From Camelus dromedarius (taxonomy: Eukaryota), in assembly GCF_036321535.1 (NCBI RefSeq), contig NC_087437.1, positions 76,262,001 through 76,326,000 of the forward strand: a DNA stretch of 64,000 nt, in the 5' to 3' direction. The notes beneath the pieces are model-generated. The model did not search any database. It was not told the DNA's origin and saw only the letters and a program-made list of their open reading frames with translations. Below, in pieces: positions 22,110 to 34,029 of this stretch. Each line of letters begins with the position of its first letter. Positions within the stretch are counted from its first letter, which is position 1. The position numbers and the translations under genes are program-made.

Positions 22110-23409
22110 GGTGAAAAGAAAAATTATGCATGTGGTGCGGCCATTGAAGTATGTAGAAACTGAAGTGGTAGCACTGAGGAAGCATTGACTGCAGTATTTG
22201 CCTATGAACTTGGGGTATACAAGGGTTCACAGAAGAACTGATGCTATGAGCTGGTCTTGAGTGAGTAGAATTTTGTCAGGCAAAGAAAGTAGCATGTATA
22301 AACATAAAGAATCTTAAAAGAGCATATTTTCATGGAGAATAGTATGCAGTTCAGTTTGGGTTGAGTTATCTATTAGAGCCCACTTACAAAGGCCTTTTCT
22401 TTTTGGGCTAATACTATTCTGTAGGCTGTGGAAAGCCAAGGATGGCTCTTAGGCACTACCATGAAATGAGTAGATATCATATCTGTTATCTCAAGCCTCC
22501 TCTTTGGCTGTTTAACCCCAGTGATCACTTTTTTCCCCTTTTGCTTCTTTTCTGGCCCTATTCAGGGTCTCCTCCTGCCTGTCTAACAGATGCTTCCGTT
22601 TCGGCTCTGTTATCTCCACAATGGTATTTTCCAAGTTTCTGTCTTTGGTTCTCATCTCATCTTTCTCAATATTCTCTTTTGGCTGCCAGTGAGATTTCCT
22701 GACAGAATATTCCAGATCTGTCTCTAGACTGGCCTTACTTTCTATACATCACATTATCTCAAACAAGTCTAAAACCCAAATCAACCCTCTTTCCTTCTCC
22801 ACTTTCCTCCCAAGAAAATTTAGCCTCTTGTCTTCATTTTCCCATTTCTGTAATTTCTTTCTATTACCTAGGCTTACAACTTCAGAATTATATCATCAGT
22901 TCCCAACTTTCTCACATAGATAATCTATCAGTCAAGTTCAATTTTTCCTCCTTTATAACATCTTTCGTATTTTTCATTTTCACTGCTTTCTTCTTTATAA
23001 TTTCCTTAAAATCTGATATTGATCTTGTCAATCTCCTGCTGAATTATATTTTTCAAGGCCATTGGCTTTATAGCTGAAAAAATGGTCCCTCTTCACTCTG
23101 GTCCATATCTGTCTTATTTTTCAATACTCTATTTCCTAAACTCACTGCTTCATAATGTAGCTATGAAAAGGTCTTAATGTCAAGTCAAATGTGAAACCCC
23201 ATCCCTACATTGTATGTTCCATTTGTAACATCCCCTTTTTATCTTGCAAATTGGGAAGTAAGTTTAGCTAAATGAGGATGAGAAAGAGAGCAAGAGGTAA
23301 GAAAGAGAGAAAAGAAGTGCCATATTTGTTTTTTCTTAGGGGAGTAGAGAAAGCTGACTGAGGAATAGAAGATAGATGTCTCAGTGCTGAGGATCAAATG
23401 CTTTTCATG

Positions 23410-23730
23410 GGTTGGCTAGGGAGAATTACTTGGGAAGCCTACTGAAAGCACAGATATTCAGGCCCTACTGCTTTCAACAGTGGCTCTCCAACTTGAGTAC
23501 ACATTGGAATCACCTGGGGAGCTTAAAAAATACTGGTACCTATCTCCTACCACCAGTTAAGTTGGATTTAATTGGTCTGAACTATAGCTTTGGCATCGGA
23601 ATTTTTTAAAGCTCTCTGGGTGATTATAAGGCAGCCTAGTTTGAGGTTCTGCCATAGAGATTCTGTTTGACTACATCTGGGATGGGGACAATGAGTAAAG
23701 CCTCCCATGTGATTTTAGGAGTCATTGCCA
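23410..23730. mobile_element. Nested MER5 MITEs (MER5A1-like ~23477-23650 inside a MER5B-like copy)
   Basis: CAGTGGCTCTCCAACTT...GGAATCACCTGGGGAGCTT...GATTTAATTGGTCTG interrupts a second MER5-like sequence. Confidence 0.6.
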
Positions 23731-23745
23731 TTGATAGAAACATCT

Positions 23746-24170
23746 ATTTTTTTTTTTTATTGATGTATAGTTGATTTACAATGTTGTGTTAGTTTTGGGT
23801 ATACAGCAAAATGATTCAGTTAAACACATACATATATATTTTTTTTCAGATTTTTTTCCATTATAGGTTATTACAAGATATTTAATAAAGTTCCATGTGC
23901 TATACAGTAGGTCCTTGTTGTTTATCTATTTTTTATATAGTAGTGTATATATGTTAATCCCAAACACCTAATTTATCCCTCCCCTCCCCACCCCTTTCCT
24001 CTTTGGTAACCAGTTTATTTTCTATGTCTGTGGGTCTATTTCTGGTTTGCAAGTAAGTTTATTTGTGTCTCTTTTTTTTTAGATTCCACATGATAAGAGA
24101 TACCAAATGATATTTGTCTTTGTCTGACTTACTCTGCTTAATTTGATAATCTCTAGGTCCATCCATGTTG
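23746..24170 (-). mobile_element. 5'-truncated artiodactyl-type L1 3' end
   Basis: Poly-T then ATTGATGTATAGTTGATTTACAATGTTGTG. TSD TAGAAACATCT (23735-23745) and TAGAAGCATCT (24171-24181). Confidence 0.9.
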
Positions 24171-24824
24171 TAGAAGCATCTGCTTCCCTGGGTATTTCTG
24201 GAAAAGGATTCAAAATGCGTAAGACAGCCACAGGATGGTGTCAGGTCACCAGCAGGTGCTCTTGTAGACATGGTAATAGACTGGCTTTTGAGATGAGGCC
24301 AGTGGATATGCTGAGCTCATCCTCCCACCCTCCCCTCACCATGAGATTATCCCTCATTCTTTTCCAGTTCTCTCTTCCCAGAAACCAAAATGACTTAATT
24401 TCCTCACTTCTTCTGCTCTAGCCAAACTGTCCTGTTTGGTGTTCTTTATGATTTTTCACTTGCATAGTCTCTTCCTTATCCTGTTCCTTAGCTACTCACA
24501 TCAAAACCTTATCCATTCTTAATACTCAGCATAAATCACATCACTTTAGTGAAAACTCCTCTTCTGTCTAATCTAGAATTGATCTTGTGAAAATCTGAAT
24601 GCCCATCCAGTCTGTAACACTATCACTCTGGTGTCATTTTAACTTGCATGTGATTATGATTGCCTGATGAATAATGCCTCTATTCAAAACATAGTAAATG
24701 TGTACACATGATTAATATATGTACTTGTATTTTTGAAAAAGTGAGGGCAATGGTATTTTAATACTAATATATTATGTAAGTCAGTTATGCTATTAACCTG
24801 TGCAAGCAACTGAGTCTTAGCTAT

Positions 24825-25195
24825 TGTATTAGTTTGCTAGAACCATAACAAAATACCATAGACTGGATGGCTGAACAACAGGAATTTATTTTCTCATAAT
24901 TCTGGAGGCCAGAAGTCTGAGATCAAGGTGTCCTCAGGTTTACTTTCTTCGGAGGCCTCTCTCTTCAGCTAGTAGATGACTGTCTTCTGTCTGTTCCTTC
25001 TGAAGGTGTTAGTGTCCAAAATTCCTCTTCTTACAAAGTCACTGGTCATATTGGATTAGGACTCACTCTAATGATCTTTATTTTAACTTAATTACTTCTT
25101 TTAAAACCCCATCTCCAAATAGTCACATTCCAAGGTACTAGGGAGTTAGGACTTCAACATACGAAATTTGGTGGGACATAATTCAGCCCACAACA
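24825..25195 (-). mobile_element. MaLR solo LTR (MLT1A0-like), complete
   Basis: TGTATTAGTT...CAGCCCACAACA with a perfect 5-bp TSD GCTAT (24820-24824 and 25196-25200). Confidence 0.9.
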
Positions 25196-25999
25196 GCTAT
25201 CTTGCTATATTATTGGCATGCATTATATGTCAGGACTGTATGTAAATTTTAGCAGACTGAAGAAAAGCAAGCAAAGAGATACCTAGTTGGAGATACATCT
25301 GTGTTTTATAATCATGCTAATAATTTTGTGTTGAATGATAATTGTATGTGTAAGACTCTGTAGGTAAGAAAACAAACTAATTAAGAACTTAAATTTAAAT
25401 TTAATGATATAACTTATAAAGTTTTGACTCATAACTGCCTACATAAGAGTTTACTTTTCAAGCAATAGACACACCTGAAGTTAAAATTAAATAATATAAA
25501 AGAGTTTAAAACATAGTTGAAAGAGGCTAGGATTTTTAGGGTGACCTTGGGTAAACTACTTTTTGGAGCCTTTGTCTCATCATCTGTGAAAGGGGATATT
25601 AGCTGCTTTATCTCCACTTTATCTCTGAATGTTAAAATTCTTTGCAAATTATGAATCATCATTGAAATATTATTCATTATTATTGCAATGAGGAAATTTA
25701 GAGAGAACCCCCTAAAACGGTATCATCCCCCTACCCAAATGAGCAGTTAACAGAGGCTCAGAGAAACTAAGAGTAAATTGCTCCAGATAAAATCTAGCTG
25801 TCTTTTGTTGTTTGACTTTACTAAAATCTCCCATCACAGTTGTATATGTTTATTTGGAATAAGTTACATAGAAGAACTTTTATCATTAGCAAGTCTTATG
25901 ATTGAGAACGTGCTTTTATGCATATGCTTACAATATGCATAGCATTTAGAGTCTGTCCTCAAGGCATTCACAGTTTTATGGTAAAAAGTCAGAATCTAC

Positions 26000-26344
26000 C
26001 TACTGGGTATGACAACATGGATGAACCTAGACGTTATGCTAAATGAAATAAGCCAATTAGAGAAAGACAGATACTTTGTGATTCCACTTACATGAGGTAT
26101 CTCAAATAGTCAAACTCATAGAAAAGGAGAGTAGAAGGGTGGCTGCCAGGGGCTGGGGGGAAGGAGAAGCGTGGAGCTGCTGTTCAGTGGGTATAGAGTT
26201 TCAGTCATTTAAGATGAATAAGTTCTAGAGAGCTGCTGTACGACATTGTCATTATGGTTGATAATACTTTATTGTACACTTAACAAATTTGTTAAGAAGA
26301 TAGATCTCATGTTATCTGTTGTTACTATGAAAAAAAAAAAAAAA
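26000..26344 (+). mobile_element. L1MA/L1MB-type 3' end with poly-A
   Basis: ACAACATGGATGAACCT...ATTCCACTTACATGAGGTATCT...TAGATCTCATGTTA plus an A tract. Confidence 0.85.
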
Positions 26345-28399
26345 GGCCAGAACCCAAAACTAGAGTGGCATAACACAGCCTTTTCCCAAGTCTCTCATAT
26401 TGAAAGGGCCCATATATTTTTAATGCTTTTTAAAGGTTGTGCAAATTTTCAAGCCACTCCCTACTTGGCCTCCCCTGAATCTCTAGTCAAGGGGGGAAAT
26501 TAGCCTTGGGTCTTGGCCCAGCTCCCGTGGCAGTCAGCTGATATGATGGATTGGGTGGCCAAAGATCAAGATTGAGAAGCCTATTAGTGCTTTCAGTCTC
26601 TCTCTCCCTTGTCTCTTTCCTTCCCTACACTACTGATTTAAGGGTTCTGTTGTAGTCTTTGCACTTGGGTCAGAATTGTTACCTGAGGCTCTAAAAGGCA
26701 TATAAAAGTGTCAAAGGCTTTGAAATCAATGCCTATCTGGTCTTTGCTCCTCATTTTTAAAGACAAATGTAGTGAGAAGTTTGAATACCCACTGGGTCTA
26801 TAACACGGTAAATAGATTTGATCCTTTATTTTGGTCCAGCTTACCAGTCAACATCAACTCACCACCTTCTTCACCTGTCTCTCTTGTTCATACCTATATT
26901 CTGCATACCTACCATAATCCCTGTCACTTAGTGAGTAACAATCTCAGTGGAAAAGATAGTAAGTAGAGTTGCTGAAGCCCATATGGCTCAAGCAAATCAT
27001 GTTAAAACAAAGCAGGACACATCGTAAGTCTGCTTAGGGCCCATTTCTAAGTTTGCTGCATCATTTCTTATGGTCACCAAACTTGTCAGTGATCTCAGAG
27101 CCATTGAGAATGGATAAAGTAGCCAAGCAGCACTTGAAAGGTGGGAGGTAATGTTGTATAGCCTGTTTTTACATAATTAATTTCTTTTTTTTAAGGATTG
27201 AAAGGCCAATGTGAAAAGCCAGAAATTCAACCGAGAAGACTAGGTCAGATCATAGCCCCTCCATGTCCCAGGCTAGCTAGCTGGGAGGTGAGGCAAAGTG
27301 ACACAAAGCTTGAGAGAATGACTTCTTTAATCAATGTCAAGGCTCATTAAGTTGCAACTAGCCTAGGAAATAGCTGGGATCTTCTTTAGGATGAAAGACC
27401 ACTGTTGCTGCCCTTGCTTTTCCAGGAGAGTATGGAAATGAAGAGTCCTGCTGACAGAGATGAGGTTTTTGGAGTGGTGATGGCAGCCAGGGAAGCAATC
27501 TGCATGACCTCTGTTGAGCCGAGAAAACAGCTGGACAGCTGATATTTTCATCAGCTATGTCTTTGCCCAGCTGCACAGATGGGCACTTAAATTATATAAT
27601 AAATCACCAGCATTCCAATGTACCCATCAAGCCTTGTCAGTCACATTGCTTAAAGCCTTTAGAAACACACGATTCTTGAGTATTTTAGTCACAAATGGGC
27701 CAGTGTGCTTTGTAATACATTATTTTGCCTATTGTTGTAAAGAAAAGGAATCTATTGGGCAAGGAAAAGTAACACTTGTATTAAACTCCATGTTATACCT
27801 TTGATTCTTGTTGAAGAGCTTGCTTGGCTTCTTAGGGAACACACTGCCTCATCTGTGAATGAGAATGGTTGCTGTCTACTCCAGTGTATCTTCTAGGGTA
27901 AAACTGAAATTGAGCTTTGTGGAATAAAAAAAGTAATAGTATTTTTATTTCTTGCAGACTGTAAAGAGTTTAACTTCATCAGTATTCAAGTGGTCTTGTA
28001 TCATTCTTGATGACTCAATAGCAGTGTGTCTACAAATTATTCAAGCCCTTTTCATGACTCATGCCATGTATTATGGCAAAGTAAATTTTTCCCTCTCTCC
28101 TGGAAAAAAGACCTATTTTTCTTATGAAAAAGATTAGACATTTGGAAACTTTTAAGGAACCGATTTTGCTAATAATATAAATGGTTATTAACATTTTTAA
28201 AGTGAATTAAAAGCTTGTCACTAAGATACAACTAAGATCCTAGAAACCAAATACCTCTATTTGGTGAACAATGAGCACTGATATTATAAAGATTCTCAAT
28301 GATTCTTCTAGAAATGCTGGTTCAGAGATGCATGTACCCAAGTGAAAAGAGGCTGGTCTATGGTCTATGTAGGTTTGGAACCAGTCTGACATTAGTTTG

Positions 28400-28855
28400 T
28401 CTAGACAGCCTATTGTCATTGAGAGTGAATCTAACCCTTTTGAAACCTTCTCCACCTATTTGGGTAGCTTCCCTCTCCTTTCTTCTGGTCAATTTCCCAA
28501 GGAATCCAGGGGTAAAGTTATTGAATGCAGAAGATAGTTTGCAGGACAGGACCATTCCTGCTCCCAGGGCTGGGCATAAAGAGATGTGGAATGACTGATG
28601 GACACTGGCTGGTGCCTACTATCTCCGTGAAGTCTGGGCCAAAGTCCACTAGATACCTTTTTACTCTGTGTGATGCCCTTGTTGGTCTGGATTCCTGCCA
28701 GCCTCATGATGGTCCTCTGAACTTGGGCTTTCAACTTATAGCTCTCTTAGTATGTACTCAGATATTCTGCCACTGTTCATGGAAATAAAACCTTCTATGT
28801 GTCACTGTGTCATCATGGGTAGCCTTAGTCACACACCATAGAGACCACTTCACAA
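28400..28855 (+). mobile_element. Possible old LTR remnant
   Basis: AATAAA at ~28784 followed ~70 nt later by ...CTTCACA, with LTR-like composition. Family not recognised. Confidence 0.25.
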
Positions 28856-30329
28856 GTGTAGACTGAGATGCCACCCTAGACTTTAGCTTGCCTCAAGGTT
28901 ACTTCAGGGGCATCCTTATCAGTTCTACTTCCTAAGCCTTGGGCAGGACCATCCTATCCACACTTCCAAGTGTATTTAACTTTGAGTCTCAAGGAAAAGA
29001 GGTCAGTTATTTGGGCCCTTTGCTGCAGAAGGCCTGGGTTCCTTTTGCAAAATGATCCATCACCTTCCAAGGACAAATTATCTTTGTGAGGTAATGATGC
29101 AGTTGTGTTAAAACACTTTTTAACATACATTATTCAACCTCCTTTTAAAACCTAGATACTTAGTTATTTACATAACTAAGACTTTGCTTTGGAATAACTC
29201 TTCTCTGAGATTTTTCACAGGTAATTTTTAATCTATACATAACATAAGAGTGAGTGATGTAATTTTTAAATACTTCTTTGTCCCCACCAAGAGGCACCTC
29301 TTTTATGCTTAATCATAATAGGTATCCTGAATATACAAATATCATCCCAGTAAATGGTACAGCTTTCACCACATGGCATAAACTAAAGACCTGTTTGATT
29401 TTTATACTTCAACATCCAAATCCAAGGCCTAGTGACCAAACAGGACATAGTACCAAAATAATGTAAACAGCATCAAGTATTTTAATATATCATCAAAATA
29501 TACCTTCAAAATATATCACAAATTTATCCATCTCAATAGTCATCCCCTAGTGCAAACTGCATCATCTTGGACAACATAAATGACTTCCTTATCATTCACC
29601 CGTTGCCATTCTAGCTATACTCCAGCAGATTTCCTTGCCACAGCAAGAGATAAAAACATAAATCAGATCATATCACTCCCCAACTTAAAATCCATCAGAG
29701 GCTTCCCTTACTTTTTATTTCTCAAAAACAAAAAGCCCTTTCCCAACTCTGGGCCTTTGCACTTATTCCCTAGTTCTGACTCTCTTATTATCTTATTTCC
29801 TTCATGGAATTGTCATTTCAGTGTAGTTTCAAGGAGTAAAGGTAAATGTTCAGTCTGTAGTATTTACATGGCTATTGTGGTCATACTTTTCTGGGGGAGC
29901 AAAAATTATGCTCTGTGTGGTTTTAAAACCTGCTTTTATAATATTAAATCCAAACCTTTCTTCATTATTAAATATTCATCTAGAACATGATTTTTAATAC
30001 ATCATATTGATATGACATAACTTAAGTAACCAGACTCCATTGTAGAAATTTTAGGACGATGTTAGTCTTTTACAGAAAAGTTGAAGACCAAGATGCTTAT
30101 TAAAGCCTTCCAAAGAAAATGGAGGTGGGCTTTGGAAAATAAGATTGTTGTCCTAATGGAGAAATGATGGATCAATGAAAGGGTAAATTAAAATTAAAAA
30201 ATACAAAATCATAGAGAGTTACCCTTTAAGATTGAAAGAACTAAATTTAGGACAAATAAAGGAAGTGTAATGCTAAACATTATTGAGCTCATTACACTGA
30301 GGTTTCTCACTTAAGCAACATGGTGAATA

Positions 30330-30720
30330 GTGACAGAAGAGAAGACTTGATAGTGAAAGCAATTGTTTGGGGTTTGATGTTTAATTTGAGATATTTGTGG
30401 AGTATCCAAGGGGAGCTATCTAGTAAGCTGTTGAATTTAATGGCGTGTGGTTTAGGAGGAAGTTCTGGTTTAGAGTTAAAGATTGGGGAGACATCAGCAT
30501 ATATTGCATGGTAATTGAGACCAATGGAACCTGAGGCAAAAATCCAGGGAGAATATGGAGAACGAGAAGAGAAGAGAGCCTAGGACAAAATGGTGACAAA
30601 CATAAACACTTGCAGAATGGACGGAGGAAGACGGGCATGTAAAGAAGGTAGAGAACAAGAGGCCAGAGCACTAGGAGCAAAGCTGGGAGAGAATGTGTTG
30701 TGAGATTCTCCAGCATTGAT
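30330..30720 (-). mobile_element. L2 fragment
   Basis: TTTGAGATATTTGTGGAGTATCCAAGGGGAGCTATCTAGTAAGCTGTTGAAT...GGAGACATCAGCATA. Confidence 0.7.
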
Positions 30721-31309
30721 TAGCCTGACACATTTAAGTGGTTATATGACTGCTGACTTTTCCTCCTCTTCATTCTTTGTTTATATCTCTCCAAACTGTG
30801 CTCACACAGAATATCTTTTCCAGATAGATCATGTTCTTCTTCAACAGAAGATAAGTGTGTTGTTGCATTCCCTGGGTAGGATATCCAGTAAGTTCTCTGA
30901 GCTCATTGAATGAGCAGGTGGAGATCTCCTGGGTGTGATTTGTAGCATTCAGGGAAAGCTGCTTCTGTGTCCTAAAATAGTTCCTTGGCCAACCCACAGC
31001 AATGCCTGACATAGTGTGTGTTCAGAAAACCCTCCTGGGTAAATGGATCCATGAATATTGAATGACTAAGTATCCTATTAAAATGCAAATACTCTGAGAA
31101 GGATGACAAATATATTGTCAATTGCTATTTAACTAGTTGGTCTGCTGGAGATTTGTTATCAAAACTCCTTCCATTGTGGTCAGTGTCTGTGCAGGTCACT
31201 CACAGGGCCAGGTATCATGGTCGGTTTACAGGCCTAGACTGGAGGCTTACCTGGGAAGGGTGTATCTGAGCACATTAGTTCAGTTTTACAACTATCTATA
31301 CAAACCATC

Positions 31310-31777
31310 TGTTTTCGTTTTCTAGGCTGCCATAACAAATTATGTACTACATACCAGGTGGCTTAGAATAACAGATATTTATGGTCTCACAGTTCTGGAG
31401 ACTGCAAGTCTGAAATCAAGGTGTCAGCAGTGCTGTACTGTCACTGAAAGCTCTAGGGGAGAATCCTTCCTTGCCTCTTCTTAGCTGCTGGTCGTTGTCA
31501 GGAATCCTTGGTGTTCCTTGTCTTGTAGGTGCAGCACTCCAATTTCTACCCTCGTCTTCAAAGGGCGTTCCTCCCTCTGTGTCTGTGTCTGTGTGCCTCT
31601 GTTTGCTTTTCCTATAAGGATGCCAGTCATTGGATTAGAGCACACCCACACCCGAATCCAGTATGATCTTATTTTAGCTTAATTAATCATATCCGCAAAT
31701 ACCCTATTTTCAAATAAGTTTGCATTCTAAGTTCTGGGTGGACATGAATTTTGGGGGAATGTTACTTAGCCAGCACA
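31310..31777 (-). mobile_element. MaLR LTR (MLT1B/C-like)
   Basis: GGCTGCCATAACAAATT...CTCACAGTTCTGGAGACTGCAAGTCTGAAATCAAGGTGTCAGCAG...GGACATGAATTTTGGGGG. Confidence 0.85.
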
Positions 31778-31867
31778 CTTCTATTAAGATGAGACACTCA
31801 GCTAACCTCTGGGGCAAATCTGGTTGTGGAGATAAGTCATCATGATATAATATGGGGCTATGACGCT

Positions 31868-31869
<2 letters not shown>

Positions 31870-31929
<60 letters not shown>
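31870..31929. repeat. (GT)30 microsatellite
   Basis: Perfect dinucleotide run. Confidence 0.98.
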
Positions 31930-31931
<2 letters not shown>

Positions 31932-32599
31932 CCATTGTGTAGCATAAAGGCACTTGGCACCTATTGAATGTGAGAGGTAACCTGGGATTATCATGCAGTG
32001 GAAAAGAGTGAAAAAGACGTTAAGTTACTCTAAAAAATATTGTGAGTACATATAATGGGCCAGGCTTTGGATAAGGCCCTGGAAGGAGAGTGGTAAATGG
32101 AAGAACATTATTCATGTCCGCAGGGAACATACAACTAGGAGGACAAGAGGAGCAATAGCCACATATAGAATAAATACACTTGAAATTTAAAAGCTAAGAA
32201 GTGTTATGAGATTTACTGAGAGCTTTGTGATGGAGGACTGAGAAGAATCTTTTCAGATAATATGGTCAGGAAGAAACATTTATGCTATAACTGTAAAACT
32301 GAGGAGGATTCAGTCATGGGAAGAGCCAAGAATACGCGTTTCACTTCTTTCATCAGTTTTTCAGGGCTGCCTCTAAGCAGAGACCCAGAAACTCGGCGAT
32401 CAAGATGAGGGCCTTCTATCCTATCTCACGCCTTAAGGTTTTAGTTGTACTTCCAGGTAGAGGCCTTGATAGTTTTCTCCTCACACTTGCCCTGCACACA
32501 AACACACACACACACAAATGCAGACACCACCTTTCTTTAGTCTCTCTCTTTGTAAGTGATACAAACAAACTTTATGTAACACTTCATGAAGTGGACAGT

Positions 32600-32995
32600 C
32601 TTCTTTCAGAGAACTGCCACACTTTTTTTCTGAATCATTTGAGAGTTAGATATTTTGACACCTTAGCCCTACAAATTTCAACATGTGTCACCTAAGAGAA
32701 AGGACATTTTCCTACATAACCACTGTATAACTCCTATCATTGGACAATTTAACACTAATTCAATACTATTATCTAATATACAATACAAAATTTAAATTGC
32801 TCAAATTATCTCAATAATGTCTTTTATAACTATTTTTTTTCTGATCCAAAATCTAATGAAGAATCAAGGTTAACACTTAATTGACATGTCTTTTTTAGTA
32901 TCCTTCAATCTAGAACAGTTCCCCAAACTATTTTGTCTTTTATGTCTTGACATTTTTTTAAGAATCTAAGCCATTGCTTTGTAGAATATCCAAGA
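32600..32995 (-). mobile_element. L1MC4/5-type 3' fragment
   Basis: CTGAATCATTTGAGAGTTAG...CCTAAGAGAAAGGACATTTTCCTACATAACCAC. Confidence 0.75.
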
Positions 32996-33078
32996 GAGGC
33001 CCAAACATCTACTAGATTTGTAGCAGTTTTTGATATTTGCTCTAAATGCTCACTGGGAAATTTAAAACTAACTGAAAT

Positions 33079-33288
33079 ATACCAGAAATTGACACAACAT
33101 TGTAAACTGACTCTACTTCAATAAGGATGTATATACAAAATAAAAAATCTTGCAGTAACTTATGGTGAAAAAGAATATGAAAATGAATATATGTATGTTC
33201 ATGTATGACTGAAGCATTATGCTGCCCACCAGAAACTGACACAACATTGTAAACTGACTATACTTCAATAAAAAATATATATATAAAG
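33079..33288 (+). mobile_element. Camelid-type L1 3' stub with duplicated terminal module
   Basis: Two copies of ACCAGAAA(T/C)TGACACAACATTGTAAACTGACT(C/A)TACTTCAATAA. TSD CTAACTGAAAT at 33068-33078 and 33289-33299. Confidence 0.9.
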
Positions 33289-33498
33289 CTAACTGAAATG
33301 GCTAGCAACCTATACTGTTGCAGTTCAGAGTACCCCAAACCAGTTCTGTGGAATGTGAAAGTTATTTTGTTTAAGGGGACTTGGAACTGCATAGTGAAAA
33401 AAAGTAAAAACAGGTTTCTTTGCTGAAGGACTTTTCTAAAACCTTTATATACTAAGAGACATTATGCATCTTAATTGATCATAGAACACTTTGAGGAC

Positions 33499-34029
33499 TG
33501 TATTAATTATCCATTGATGAATAATAAATCACCCCAGACTTACAGACTTAAAGCAACAAGCATTTATTATCTACAGTTTCTGAGAATCAAGAATCAGGAA
33601 GTGGTTTTGCTGTGTGGTTCTGGGTCAGAGTTTCTCCTCAGGTTGTAGTAAAGTTGTTGGCTGGAGCTGCAGTCATTTGGAGGCTTGGCCGGGCCAAAAT
33701 GGTCTGCTTCCAAGGTGACTCATTCACATGGCTATTGGCAGGAGGCCTCAGTTCCTCACCATGTGGACCTCTTCATCGGGCTGCATGAATACCCTCATGC
33801 CATCAGCTGGCTTCCCCCAGAGTGAACGATCTACAAGGGAGCAAGGAGAAAGCTGTAATGTCCTTTATGACCTCCTTAGAGAAGTCACATACCACCACAT
33901 CTACCAATGAGTCACCAAATTCACCCCACATACAAGACAAGGTGAATTAAGTTCCACACTTTTTTTTTAGACTTCAAGTTTTGAAGGGAGAAATGCCAAA
34001 GAATTTGGGGACATATTTTAAAATCACTC
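33499..34029 (-). mobile_element. MaLR LTR (MLT1F-like) inserted in a hAT-Charlie remnant (~33325-34080)
   Basis: TGTATTAATTATCC...GGCTGGAGCTGCAGTCATTTGGAGGCTTG...GGAGGCCTCAGTTCCTCACCATGTGGACCTC...TTTTAAAATCAC. Confidence 0.8.

Noticed and set aside
31710..31994. His-Thr repeat ORF (also 45911-46133)
   Set aside because: It is just the translation of (CA)n microsatellites.
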